A stretch of DNA of 64,000 nucleotides from Octopus sinensis (lineage: Eukaryota): assembly GCF_006345805.1 (NCBI RefSeq), contig NC_043010.1, positions 57,536,001-57,600,000 on the forward strand. Reading direction: 5' to 3'. The number at the start of each line of letters is the position of its first letter. Position 1 is the stretch's first letter. Shown piece by piece: positions 1 through 14,035 of the stretch. The position numbers and the translations under genes are program-made. The notes beneath the pieces are model-generated. The model ran no database searches, was not told where the DNA came from, and saw only the letters and a program-made list of their open reading frames with translations.

Positions 1-517
1 TATGCATGTGTGAGTGTGTGTGTGTGTGTCATGCATGTGTGTACAGTCCATGTGTGTTGCATATTACATGCTATGTGTATATGTGTGAGTATATGTGTAT
101 AATAATCATTGTGTTTATGTATGTTTACATGTATATATTTGTGCATAAGATTTGTATGTGTATATGTGTATATATACATGTCTAGTTGTGCTGTGTATAT
201 GCATACATCTATAACTGCACATAACCAAACAGGAAATATATGTATGTGTATGTATACACACACACACGTATACTTGTATATGTGTGTGTATATATAAGTA
301 TATATGTATATATACTTGGAAATAAATGTGTGACATTCGGTCATATAATGATATAAAAAATATATAAATATATGCATATATACATACATACATGTACATA
401 CCTACATATATATGTATATATACATGCATATATGGGTGCATGTATATATACATATATATGTAGGTATACATGCATATATTTATATATTTTTTATTATTAT
501 ATGTAATATATGTATAT

Positions 518-605
<88 letters not shown>

Positions 606-1229
606 TATATATATACACTTATGGAAATACTTGCAAATGTCATACATATAGCAAATATAATGAAACAAATTTTCACAACATATACACAGAAACATACATA
701 CATATATACTTACACACACATACCCACACACAAACATACACGCACACAAACACATCGCACGTTTATACACACATATATTCATTCTCTTACGACACACAAA
801 ACATAAACACTTCTGAATCTGTATTGACACAAACAGACTCTGCCATGTATACATGAGTGTATATATATACATACACACGGCTCTACTAATATACATACAT
901 GTGTATGAATGTTTGTGTTTACACATGATGGAGTGAATTTGTTTATTTAGTTTCCCCCCCTTCTTGACTTGAATAAAAACAAGAGACAGTCAGACATGTG
1001 TGCTGACAGACAGACAGAGAGAAGACAGACAGATACACGGACATAGCCGCATCCAGGTTTTCTGATATACAGGAAACCTACAGAGAAGAGAGAGAGGGAG
1101 AGAGAGAGAGAGAGGGAGAGAGAGAGAGAGAGAGAGGGAGAGAGAAAGACAATGACAGAGACAAAGACAGACAGATAGATAGAGAGGTAGGTGGATAATA
1201 TAATATATATATATATATATGTATGTATG

Positions 1230-1263
<34 letters not shown>

Positions 1264-1278
1264 ATATATATATAAGAG

Positions 1279-1325
<47 letters not shown>

Positions 1326-1346
1326 TGTATATATATATTATGTATG

Positions 1347-1389
<43 letters not shown>

Positions 1390-1397
1390 ATATATAT

Positions 1398-1447
<50 letters not shown>

Positions 1448-1504
1448 GCATTTCTGCATCATCTCATACACACACATATACACATAGATGACATGTACAG
1501 AAAA

Positions 1505-1547
<43 letters not shown>

Positions 1548-2023
1548 TGTGTGTGTGTGTGTTTGTGTGTGAAAGTGGAGTGTAGAGGGGAGAAATGATG
1601 GAGAATTAATTGAAAACCTTGTCCAAACATAAAAGTCAATGTAAACCCCTTCCTCTCACCATTCCTCCTTCTATTTACTTCCTCCACTTTCCCTTACACA
1701 CTCACACACACACGCACACACACTTTCTCTCTCTCTCTCTTCCTCTCAATATTTATTACTGTCACCCCCTCTCTCTCTCTTTCCTGTCTGTCTTCCTCCT
1801 CCCCCTCACACTAGTTTCTCCCCTCTCTCTCTGCTTTCTACATCCCATTCCCATTTCCCCCCTCTCCCACTCTCTATTTCTCATTTCTCTTTCCTCCCAT
1901 ATTCTCCCTCTCCTTTACTCTCACCACACTCCCTCTTACTACTCCTCTAATCCCCTCTTATACCCATATTTGCACCGCCACTTTCTTCCCTCACCCATTC
2001 AGGCCATACCACTCAACTTCTTA

Positions 2024-2060
<37 letters not shown>

Positions 2061-2249
2061 CCTCTCTCACTGCACTACACCTCCCCCACACCTTACCTAC
2101 TCTGACCCTTAATGTTGACACTGTAATGACACACACCACCACTACCACCACCACCACCACCACTAACCCTTTATTAGCCACAAGGGCTTGCAGATACTCT
2201 ACAAAATGTGTCATACAGAAGTGGTTTGTAAAACATGAGTATGTATGCA

Positions 2250-2280
<31 letters not shown>

Positions 2281-2320
2281 TGCACATATGCAGACATACA
2301 AACACACACACATTTAGAGT
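1..2320. repeat. Compound microsatellite field (TA, CA, GA, TAGA, TACA, CAC)
   Basis: Directly visible dinucleotide and tetranucleotide runs. The ORFs here are YI/HT/SL low-complexity translations. Confidence 0.95.
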
Positions 2321-2471
2321 TCTACACTTGTATTATGTATTGAGTGCTCCATCTCAAAGTAGTCCACTTCAGTTGAACCAATCACAATGGAGATTATTAA
2401 AGTCAGTGTTTATAAAAATGCATTTCATTTTCAAAATTTAATAGAATCTACAGACATAATTTCGATTTTTT

Positions 2472-2950
2472 ATGAAAGCTTATTTTCAAACTGATGCTCA
2501 TTCAGGTCCAGACATTGTTAATAATGAGAAGCAATGGAATTGCAAACAGCAAGAAATATTTCATTTGGGATTTATGGGCATTCTCATTCAATGGCTGCCC
2601 TCAATTCTTTGACTGTTGCCATTTCCCTACTGTGAATCTTATCTTTTAAATACCTCCCATAAAAATGTCCAGTGGTGTGAGGCCTTGTGAACACAGAGAG
2701 TTTTCTAGTAAAACCTGTTGACAAAATCTCAAGGTAGGCCCTTATAGCACAACTAACACCCCTGTCTATTTCCTATATACCTTTTTGTTTCCATATATAG
2801 TAACACTGTCATTGAGAGGGTATGTGATTCATCTATTCTGTCTCTTTATTACACCCTTAGTAGCAAAAGCCAGGTATACACATGCATATGCTCTACCCAG
2901 GTTAACATCTTTTGCAATGCCATATAGATGTTCCCTTTCTCTTATGGAAC
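2472..2950 (-). mobile_element. Tc1/mariner-superfamily transposase relic (C-terminal half)
   Basis: Minus-strand translation LTPLDIF..YLKDKIHSREMATVKELRAAIE*ECP*IPNEIFLAVCNSIASHY*QCLDLNEHQFEN matches the SPDLTPLDFFLWGYLKDKVY...FEH type C-terminus. Upstream HVYLAFATKGVI resembles VWxAISxxGxIG. Stops and frameshifts present. Confidence 0.7.
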
Positions 2951-3721
2951 ACAGTATGTTGCCTCCCTTCTCACTTTATCATGGATAAATTTGTCAGGCA
3001 AAGATGTACTGACATTTGTAACATACTTCATCCATTGTTTCCTTTTCCTTGAGCTGGAAGAAGTTAAATTTTCCTTTTGCTTCACAAAATTTCTAAAGGG
3101 TGGAACTTTGTTGTTGCTGTTGTTGTCCTTGCTGTTTTTACCATCAAACTAATTCTTTTCAACCCATTCCTTTTTTGCATCCCCTACCGTACAAATGTAA
3201 TGGTTTAAGACCCAAGCTTTCTATGTTTGATTTTTCATTGTCTGCTTTTTATTGTTTTTCATTAAGAAATTCTTTGGATATCTGTTCTGTTTTTATGTTA
3301 TTCAAGCTCCTCTTCCCACTACGGGAGTAAGCACCTCTTCCTGATATTTCTTATGTGGCCATCCTACCATGCAGGTAACTATTGTGGGTGGTTGTTTATC
3401 AAGGGTACATACTCGTATAAAAAACGTCTGAAGACAATTGTTTCTTCTCTTCCAGATAAATGGGTAAACTTTTACATAATCTGAGAATCTTCTGTTAGTA
3501 AAACTAAAAAGCAAAATCGTTTTTTTTGTCCTAAGTTGATCTGCTTCAAAATACCATTTCTGCAGAGATCTGACGTAGACGTTTGCTAAATGAATGACAC
3601 ATTTGCTGGGGACTTTCATGAAGCTTACAACACAACAAATTACTAAATAAACATTGAAAACTGTCTGACAATTACATTACACACTTCCACCAATTCCAGC
3701 TGGAGCATTATGCCTTTTACA

Positions 3722-3859
3722 TGACCCTCTCTCAATGAACTCTGAACTCTGACCAAGTGACCCTGAAGGTGTCAGGCTCTGTGACCTGAAACACTTGGTC
3801 AATAATTAATGTAATAAAGTCAGATGGCAATCTACTGACCACCATAACATCACTGGTCA
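3722..3859. promoter_or_regulatory. Cluster of nuclear-receptor-type half-sites (TGAACT/TGACCN) forming DR1/DR2 arrangements
   Basis: TGACCC 3722, TGAACT 3736, TGAACT 3743, TGACCA 3750, TGACCC 3758, TGACCT 3782, TGGTCA 3796, TGACCA 3836, TGGTCA 3854. Confidence 0.35.
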
Positions 3860-4871
3860 GTTACCAATCACCTTAAACTGGGATTGTCTCCTGTCTCCAT
3901 AAACCCCAGAAATATACCTCCTTTAGAGGGACCAGCATATGTCCCATTATTTCTTGGAGTTGTGCTAACCACATTAAGGAAGCCAACACGCTAAAAGGTC
4001 TTCTTCTCCAACAATGATTGTTCTGAGGAATCGTGGTGGTGGAGGGCATGGTAGTAGTGTAGTGTTGGTTGTGTCAATGATGCAGGGGTGGTTGTAGTTG
4101 CACCATGAAGTGGTGTTGGTTGTTGTTGTTGTTTTTGTGGTTGTTTAGTCCCAAGCTAGCTTTGATCAAGTAAACCAAGAACTGAAGATGTTCCATCCAT
4201 GGCCATCCCATCTTTATATATATTTATGACTACATTGTCCAATCAGTCCTTTGCTTTTAAGAAGGTAAAGTGTAATTGGAGGCAGAACTGACTGCTCTTT
4301 CTTGCTTGCTAAGAGACCACATGGCAGCTCTGTAGTCAGTTTGTTGTCGTAGTAGGTGGTGGTGGTGGTGGTGGCGGCGAATGTGGTGGTGGTGGGGAGG
4401 GGTTGTGGCAATGGTGGTGGCAGCAGTGGTGATGCAGCAGTGTCGGTGAAGTTTCTGTATAACACAACCACCCCCACACCGTTGCATCTCCACTGCCCTA
4501 CCCTGCTGCAACGCCACTTCACCCATGCCCACCTCCACACTCTACAACCACTGAAATTAAGAATAACACAATTGAGATAATTAATTTTTTTCTATATTGT
4601 TACATCAATATTGTTGTTGTTATTGTTGTTGATGTTACATTGTTGTTATTGCCTCTACCACCCATCAAAATTATTATCATCATCATCATCATCATCATCA
4701 TTATTATTATCATTATTATTATTATTTTTATTATTATTGTTATTATTATTATAGCTTTTATTATTATCATTCGTTCATAATTATTATTAACCAATAAACA
4801 TATTTCTCTGATGTGTAGCTGTGGGTCCACATGTGTGTGTGCGTGTGTATGTGTGTATGCATGTGTATATC

Positions 4872-4902
<31 letters not shown>

Positions 4903-4962
4903 TTTACATAATGGATAAGTGTGTATGACAGGGAAATACCCTGAAAAATGAGTAATATTCTT

Positions 4963-5007
<45 letters not shown>

Positions 5008-6298
5008 CACATACATACATACATACATGCAGTATATGTGTGTATATATATATATATATATTATATATATATACATATATATATATAAATATATATGTGT
5101 GTGTGTAAATGTATGTATACATTTATGTTGAAGGTAGTGGAGTATTGTGTAGATGGGGTGGTAGTTTATGATGATGATGATGATGATGCAATTAGATGAG
5201 AGAAATAAATTTGGAGATGAAGTTATATGGAGAGGGAATAATGCATAGATGTGGTTGCATACATACATGCATACATATGTGCGTGTATGTGTATTGCACA
5301 CACATACACACACACACACATACTTGCATAGACACACACAACACACGTACCATACATATACATGCGTATGTCTATAAAAAACATATCTATATAAGAAACC
5401 GACCTCCATATAATTTTATCTCTTAATTTATTTCTTGCATTTAATTGTGGCATCGTCATCACCACTGCCTCCGTTACCGTCATCATCATCATAAACCATT
5501 CTCCTCTTCATCATCATCATCATCATCACTCCCACAGCCACTTTACTACCATCATACCCCCTTTCCCCACCCTCACCACCCCTGGCTATATAACAGTGAT
5601 CCCCCCTGGGTGTATATGCATACACGCGGTTGCTGTATATCCCTGGTGTTTACATAAAAAAAAAAACAGAACCCCCCCCCCCCCCGCGAACTACACTCCT
5701 TTCCTGCCAACATCAAACCTCACTGCTGACCCCCCCTCAAGCCCCACTGCTCACCCCCTGTCCCCCCACACCCCTGTTGCATCTGTCTGTGTGTCTATCT
5801 ATAACAGTATACAGCCTTAATACACAGTGGAAACAAGAGAGAAGTGGGGAGGGGGGAGGGGGCTGCTGGTGAGGGGGAGGGAATTCAATTAACTGTTTTA
5901 TATACACATCACTTATTTAATATGGTGGTGGTGGTGGTGGTGGTGGTGGTGGTGGTAGTTTTAGGGATGGTGGTGGTGGGGTGGAGGAGGTTGTAGTGGT
6001 TTTAGATGTTGTCTTCAGGTTGTTATGGTGAAGAGATGAGGGTGGGGTGAGTTTCAGGTTTCAGTTCACAGCATTACCACCACCACCACCAACACCACCA
6101 CCACCACCACCACCACCACCACCACCACCACCACCACCACTGCTCCTATCGATACCAGTAAAACAGAGACTGCGAATATAAGGTATCAAGTGTGGTCCTT
6201 AATAACAAGCAGAGAAACACTAGATAAACTTAGTTGTGTGTGTGGGGGTTTATATATATATATTTATATATATATATATATATATACACATATATATA

Positions 6299-7116
6299 CA
6301 GGGTGGGGAAGCAAAACTTGCAGAATTGCTGTAACATTTGAAACTCTCTCATTGCACATTTATAGGTTTAGTAATTCAAAAACAGGTTAAAAAACATTCA
6401 AATTTTATTACAAAACGAAGAATTTAATCTATGTGGCGTCCATTGTTTGCAATTATGCCTCCACACGGCCCCAGAACTCTTCACCACAAAGTCACTGTAT
6501 ATCCTGGCCCACCCCTCATAGATGGCAACCTTTAGAGAGTTGATGTTGAGCTAGAAGCTTTTGTTTGTAGCATGCTCCAAAATGCCCCACATGGCATAGC
6601 CCAGAGGGTTGAGATCATACATCAGTGTCTTGTAGTAGGCATCAGCATTAACTTTTTCACTGGGCTTGTAGAAGTAGATGAGCATCTTTCTTCCATCCAA
6701 GGCCTCATCACCGAAGGCTATGACCTGGGCTAGATGTTTTGGTCTGAAGGTGTTCCTGATGTCAGCTGTTGACACCACAATGTACTGGTCGTTTCTGCAG
6801 TTCCCAACAGCATCCACTGAGAAGATCTTTCTATCAGAGAAGATTTTCACAGTGGACCCATTCTTCTTGAAGTATGTAAGAGCCTTTTTGCATCTCTTCA
6901 GTATTCTGGCTTTCATAGGTTCTGCTTGGACCAAATCACATACTCTTTGGTGTTTGTCTTCCTGTGCATTCACATTCTCCAATATTCCTGCAAAAAAGTT
7001 CATTATTAGCAGACAATGTATTCTTTGTTCTGCCTTAGATTTCATATCATTTGGTGTTGTGGTTTCTGCGAAATATTAGTGTAACTTTTAATACAAGTTT
7101 TGCTTCCCCCACCCTG
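6299..7116 (-). mobile_element. Internally deleted maT/DD37D-like Tc1/mariner element
   Basis: TIRs cagggtggggaagcaaaacttg (6299) and caagttttgcttcccccaccctg (7094-7116), with TA on both sides. ORF 6551..7045 has IFSDRKIFSVD, KHLAQV..FG, EKVNADAYYK and DLNPLGYAMWGILE, but the QQDxAPxH segment is deleted. Confidence 0.9.
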
Positions 7117-7143
7117 TATGTACAGAGAGGGGGAGAGAGGAGA

Positions 7144-7178
<35 letters not shown>

Positions 7179-7229
7179 AAAAGAGAAAGAAATAAGAGAG
7201 AGAGAGAGGAGAGAGAGAGAAAGAGAGAG

Positions 7230-7272
<43 letters not shown>

Positions 7273-7699
7273 GAGAGAGAAAACTGATGTATAAACATCA
7301 AAGAATAAATTCTTGCTAATTAACCTAACATTTCTGATGATTTGGGTAAATACATTTTGAAATTAATTTCATTTAAATTAATTATGGATCACTAAATCAT
7401 ATTTTGTAATTATACATTAAGTGTGTTTATCTTAATGAAACAGTTGTTGAGCTCAATTAAAGTGTGAACTAAATGTAAAATATATTACTTTCTGCTTTTA
7501 TGCCATTTATAAATAGTAAAATTTATAAAGAGAATAAAATGGACAATTCTACTCATATTGTAATTAGTAAAAGTATTCAAAAGTATATTATCACATACCG
7601 GTTTCTCATTTCGTGTGAGATTATCCTTGTAATGTACATTTGTAATGGTTTGATGTTAGTCTTCAGTTAAGATTAAGTAGAGAAATATTGATTGGACCC

Positions 7700-8400
7700 A
7701 ACTTCATTACAGGTACACATGCTTATGTGTATTCCACCATCAGAAGTAAAACTTAATGGATTTTGGATCCGAGTGAAGTATTTCGATGCCTAATTATTTG
7801 TTATACTCTGCCTCTGTAATATTTCAAATAGTTTTGCCCTGATACAGAATCCAAAATGGTTTTGAAGCCCACAAACAGTAGTGCCACACTGAAATTGCAA
7901 TTTCTTCAGCAATTCATCAACTTTTTGATATCTAACGCAAGCTTGGCCTGCCAGACACAAACCCTTTTGATTTTCCTTTAGAAGTGATTCAGCAGTGAAT
8001 AACAGACGATAAAACTTTGATGGTAAAACAAAATTTTTTGATGTAATATCAAAACTTCTTCACGGGAATACTTTAGTACCCTTCCTGTTTATCATTTGCC
8101 TCCAAATATCAATGGACACAATAAAAGAGAGAAGATTTCTAGTTAGTCCAAGACAATGTTTACTGAAATTCTGCAGATGATCTTGCCCAAGGGGTTTATT
8201 TCTTACATGAAGGACAAAAACCTAATGAAATCTCTCACAAGACGGCTGTGCAGTAATAAGGAAAGTAGACTACATTCATTTTTGTCATTCAAAGAAGAGA
8301 CAATTATAAATTTAAGACCAAAAGGTTTAATTACTAATTGTATGGATGGTTTTCAAATGCCTTGAAATTGTATGAATGAATTTATATGGGATGAACTCAG
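7700..8400 (+). mobile_element. Highly degenerate non-LTR retrotransposon RT relic (RTE-like)
   Basis: LHGNTLVPFLFIICL at 8058-8102 (cf. LQGDTLAPFLFIICL) and ADDLA at 8173-8187. Many stops and frameshifts. Confidence 0.55.
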
Positions 8401-8869
8401 GGAAAGATTTTCTCCTTCAGATGGCAATGATGTGGTCGTCTTTTGATAGCAATGGTGTGGTTGTCATTTGAGAAAACCCACCAATATTTAGACATCTTTG
8501 TTTTAAGTCTATCTTTAAAATCAATCCCTTGAATTTTGACTATATAATTATTAATCAAAAATTATTGTTAATATGTATTCAAAATTAGTTACACTTATTA
8601 TATAAGTAATTCAATTTATGTCTACATTTTATTTTTCTCTCGTCCTGGGAATTAATGAATTTAGTATTAGATTGTAATATTTCCATAAATTCGTTTGTTC
8701 ATCGTAAACACAACTTATTACCTATTCTATATGTTTTAGTTTTACGGACCATCTCCCAATTTAAGTTTTACTTATTTTCTTTAGATTTCAATTCCCATAT
8801 ATATTTGCTAAGGCCAGTCGAATTAATCAATTGTTTATTCTTAAATGAATGCGTGTGTTGGGCCACTCT

Positions 8870-9079
8870 TTGTTTAATTTTACAGTCAACAGAATTTTAC
8901 GTAGCAGGGGATACATGCTCTCATTCAAAAGTGGAACATTAAGAGAAATGGTGACTATGTTGAGAAGTAGGGATGTGATCCACAAAGGACCAGCTTCATT
9001 CTGATGTATGATACATATTCCTGTGTGGGTAATTATACCTGTCCTTAATAAAATGGCATTACTTTTTGACTCACCCTCG
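8870..9079 (-). mobile_element. Mariner-type element end / MITE fragment
   Basis: Minus strand begins TA|cgagggtgagtcaaaaagtaatgcc, a mariner-type TIR (TA at 9080-9081). The other end was not identified. Confidence 0.6.
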
Positions 9080-9644
9080 TATTTCAGGCACAAAGACTCC
9101 CCGCAAATGAACAGCTTAGAAATGGGAGTCTGTGCAGATCCTTTCTTTTGGATTGAAGAGCATTTCTAGTTTGTTTGAAGCATTGTGATACAGAAAGAAA
9201 ATAACAGATGTATATATGTTGTGTGTGTGTGTGTGTACGTGCATGTGTGTGTGCATGTGTGTGTATGTGTGTGTGTGTGTGTGTGCGTGCGTGTGTGTGC
9301 CAAGTTATCCCTGTTGTATTTAGTGATTAGAAACAGGAAGTATGAATCAGTTTTTGTGAATATCTATGTATTAATATGAATGTGTGTGTGTGTGTGTGTG
9401 TATTGTTTGATGCACACCTGTGTGTATCAGTATGTTTATACTAAAATGGGTGTGCAATTACAACCATACCTATATAACTATCTCTCCATCTCTCTCTCTA
9501 TACACACATATGCATATACACACAAGATATATATATGCACATGTACATGTATATATGCACACATACATACACATACATACATATATATATAGGTGAGAAA
9601 GTATATATTTAAATATATACGTACATACATATATATATACATAC

Positions 9645-9711
<67 letters not shown>

Positions 9712-10694
9712 ATATTATATATATATATATATGCACATGCACTTCACTGAGTTATGAATATTTGTCACCAATTAGGACACTTGAGTGGTATTATACACCC
9801 TCTATGTCAATTTGTGAAATTAATTAGATATACTTATATATATTTTATACATGCCTACACACACAGGCACACGCATACACTACATACATTTATATATGTA
9901 AATGTAGATATATATATATATATGTATATTTGAATGCTTATATACACTCGACAGGTAATTCAATAAAACCAAATTCTAAAGAAAGGAATAAAAATACCTA
10001 AAACTATTGTAAAATCGACAAACTGCAATGAAAGACAAAAGCGAATAAAAGAAATCCTGTATTAATACCACCACCACCACCACCACCACCACCACCACCA
10101 CAATGATGATAGTGACTGCTGCTGCTGCTGCTGCTGCTTTTGTAGGAAACTGCATTAAGCAGATGCAGAAATGCTGCACAATAATTTAATTATCACATTG
10201 ATGCTGGCAGCAAAATTGGCCAGCTTCTAATCGGATATTTCACTATTCCCGATCAACTTCTCATTGGCACTGGTGTTAATTACTAGAAAAAATGTGCTGA
10301 TTGAAAAATTAGATGACACATCTTAACGAGGGTAGAAGAAGAAAATGTTGCAAGTGTTTGCAACAATGTGTAATTATTGCTGTGTGCCAGAAAAAAAAGG
10401 AAGGCAGACACGAGCAAACAATGGCTAATAAACAAAACAACCCTCTTGATTAGGTGTTATTAGCAAATATAGTGTAATATCTTTCATCTCTATCACCCCC
10501 CACCCTACCCACCCACCTGCTTCACCAGGGGAAAGGTAGACATATCTGCAGTGGCTATGGAAGTGTGTGTGTCTGTGTGTCATGGAAGTTAGCATCTGTG
10601 TGTATCTGTATGCCTGGTTATATAGCTATATATATATATATATATATAATATATAGATAGATAGATAGATAGCTATATATATATATATATATAT

Positions 10695-10762
<68 letters not shown>

Positions 10763-11261
10763 CCTATCTGTCTGTCTGTATGACCATCTCCTCCTGTTCA
10801 TCATCATTTAACATTCACGTATCCATGGTCCATGATTGCATGAATTAAACGAAATTCGCTGAGGCGAATCCTTTTACGGCTGGATGCCCTTCCAGTCGCC
10901 AATCCTCACCTGTTTCCAAACTCGGAAGACTGGAAACAAGCGATGCTGCATGTATGACAATGCTGTTCACTTGCAACCAGGATGCAACATCTTGACAAAG
11001 GTACACACACATACACACAGACACACACACACACACATTTGTACACACACATTTCTATATGCACACACACACACACACACAAACCTGATTGTGTAGTAAG
11101 AAGCGTGCTTCCCAACCGTAGGGTTCTGGGTTCAGTCCCACTGTATGACACTTTGGGCATGTGTCTTCTATTATAGTCTCAGGCTGACTAAAAAACTGTG
11201 GTGGATTTGGTAGATGGAAACTGAAAGAAAACCGTTGTATATATATATATATATATATATA

Positions 11262-12539
11262 TAGAGGTTGGACAAAATAATGGAAACACCTAGCATCATA
11301 GCATCATAATTTTGAAATATCTATAAAACCGTCAAAAACTTGTATGTTTTTATGTTTTTGATTTATTATTAGTGTTGCTTAATATGTTTCGCTAAAATGG
11401 CTGTTTCTTTTCAGATATCATCAGAAAAAGGTAATTAAAATTCATTAAAATGACAGATCTATCGGACTTTCACAGAGGTCAAATTGTTGGTGCTCGTATG
11501 GTAGGCACTAGCGTAATGAAAACAGCCGAAATGTTTGGTGTATCAAGAAGTACTGTCTCAAAAGTAATGTCAGCCTTTGAGAAAGAGGGAAAAACCTCCT
11601 CGTCGATACAAAACTCCAGAAGGAAACCTAAACTTTCAGATAGGGACCATCGGACTCTTATGCAAATTGTAAGAAAGGATCACAAATGTACAGCTCCCAA
11701 AATTATTGCAGAGCTTAATGACTACCTCGAGAACCCAGTTTCTACAAAAACTATTCACTGGGAGCTGCACAAAACCATATTTCACAGGAGGGCTGCAATG
11801 AGAAAACCACTACTTTCAAAAACAAACGTTGGAAAGCATTTAGAGTGGATTAAAAACCTACAGAATTGGTCCCTAGAGCAGTGGAAGAATGTTATTTTGT
11901 CAGACGAGTCATGCTTTACCTTATTTCTGACTACTGGCTGAGTATACGTGTGGGGACAGTCAAAAGAAGCATGTGACCCAGACTGCCTTCTTCCAACTGT
12001 TAAACACAGAGGAGGATTTGTGATTATCTGGGGGGGGGGGGCTATATCTTGGAAATCTACCAGCCCAATGGTTTCCCTTCATGGCAGAATTAATAGTCAA
12101 GACTATTTAGGTATTTTATCTGATCCATTTCATCCTATGGTTGCAGAACTGTTTCCAGGGGGAAACGCAATCTTTCAGGATGATAATGCACCAATTCACA
12201 CAGCTAAAGTTGTTACTGAATGGCATGAAGAACATTCTAGTGAAGTTGAACATCTTATCTGGCCACCACAGTCCCCAGATCTCAACATTATTGAACATTT
12301 ATGGTGCATTTTAGAAAAACAAGTAAGGAGTCGATATCTTCCACCATCATCACTACAGGAACTGGAGACTGTTTTAGCTGAAGAATGGACAAGAATTCCT
12401 TTGGAAACAATTCAAACTTTATATGAGTCCATACCTCGTGGAATTAAAGCTGTAATTACTGCCAAAGGCTGTCCTACCCCATACTAAAATAAATTTGTTT
12501 GAAATTTTAAGGTGTTTCCATTATTTTGTCCCACCCCTG
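11262..12539 (+). mobile_element. Full-length Tc1-family transposon with DD36E spacing (Incomer-like), 1,278 bp
   Basis: 30-bp TIRs (27/30 identical): tagaggttggacaaaataatggaaacacct and aggtgtttccattattttgtcccacccctg. TA TSDs at 11260-61 and 12540-41. Inserted in the (TA)n of a SINE. Confidence 0.92.
11450..12487 (+). pseudogene. DD36E transposase, 345 codons, one in-frame nonsense codon (TGA 11939-11941)
   Basis: Track ORFs 11450..11941 and 11948..12487 are in the same frame. HTH N-terminus, SDES, FQDDNAPIH and SPDLNIIEHLW. 36 residues lie between the second catalytic D and E. G*VYVW corresponds to GRVYVW (CGA->TGA). Confidence 0.9.
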
Positions 12540-12759
12540 TATATGTGTGTGAGTGTGTCTCCTTGTATGTGTCTGTCTTCCACCACCTCTTGACAACTGT
12601 GTTGGTGTGTTTATGTCCCTGTAACTTAGCAGTTCAGCAAAAGCGACTGATAGAATAAGCACCAGGTTTAATAAACAAATAAATACAGGGGTTGATTCAT
12701 TTAATTAAAGTGCTTCTAGGTGGTGCTCCAGCATGACCGCACTCTAATGAGTGAAACAA

Positions 12760-12863
12760 ACAAGAGACACTCACACACACACATACTCACACACACACAC
12801 ACACTCACACACACATACTCACACACACACACACTCACACACACATACTCACACACACATACT

Positions 12864-12894
<31 letters not shown>

Positions 12895-13890
12895 TCACAC
12901 ACACACACACTCACACACACACATACTCACACACACACACACTCACACACACACATACTCACACACACACACACTCACACACACATACTCACACACACAC
13001 ATACTCACACACACACATACTCACACACACATACTCACACACACACATACTCACACACACTTACTCACCACACACAATCAACACACACACATACTCACAC
13101 ACACACATACTCACACACACTACTCACACACACACATACTCACACACACTTACTCACCACACACAATCAACACACACACATACTCACACACACACATACT
13201 CACACACACCAGCACACCACACTCACACACACATCTCACACACACACATACTCACACACACACATACTCACACACACACCACACCAACCACACCACATCT
13301 CACACACACATACTCACACACCAATACACATACTCACACACCACACACACTCACACACCACATACTCACACACATACATACTCACACACACATACTCAAC
13401 ACATACTACTCACACACATACTCACACACACACATACTCACACACACACACATACTCACACATACACCACTACTCACACACACACATACTCACCACAACA
13501 CTACTCACACACATACATACTCACACACCATACTCACACACACCACATACTCACACACATACATAATCAACCCACATATACTCACACACACACATACTAA
13601 CACACACATACTCACAACACACACATACTCACACCACACATACTCACATACACTCATTACCACCACCCACATACTCACACACTACATACTCACACACACA
13701 TACTCACACACATACATACTCACACACACATACTCACACACACACACATACTCACACACATACATAATCACACACACACATACTCACACACACACATACT
13801 AACACACACACATACTCACACACACACATACTCACACACACACATCTCACACACACACACACATACTCACACACACACACACACACATAA
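12760..13890. repeat. ~1.1-kb degenerate (CA)n/CACACACATACT minisatellite
   Basis: Recurring cacacacatact unit that becomes increasingly noisy. The 360-aa HT ORF is an artefact. Confidence 0.9.
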
Positions 13891-13894
13891 ATGT

Positions 13895-14035
13895 CTGAAG
13901 GGTTTCTTTCAGTTTCCACCTGACCAAATCCTCCACAAGGCTTTGCTTGGCCCACAAACTTGGCCAAGGTGTTACACTGTAGGACTGAACCCAAGACCAC
14001 ATGATTGGGGCACCAAACTCCTTACCACACAGCCA
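13895..14035 (-). mobile_element. SINE family A head fragment
   Basis: Reverse complement of gtggctgtgtggtaag...tcagtcc...tggcc...gaaactgaaagaa. Confidence 0.75.

Larger units (their letters stand above)
11085..12750 (+). mobile_element. tRNA-derived SINE family A, split by the DD36E transposon (head 11085-11238, tail 12541-12750)
   Basis: The head (gtagtaag...gggttcagtccc...gaaactgaaaga) and tail (ttgacaac...ggtgctccagcatg...gaaacaa) both align by eye with the intact copy at 16222-16629. Confidence 0.85.

Noticed and set aside
109-2441. Many 60-250 aa ORFs
   Set aside because: They are translations of TA/CA/GA microsatellites (YI, HT, SL repeats) with no coding signal.
3050-3600. Possible Penelope RT remnants on the minus strand
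   Set aside because: The motif similarity is too weak and fragmentary to support without a search.
12720-13802. 360-aa His/Thr-rich ORF
   Set aside because: It is a CA minisatellite that lacks stop codons by composition.
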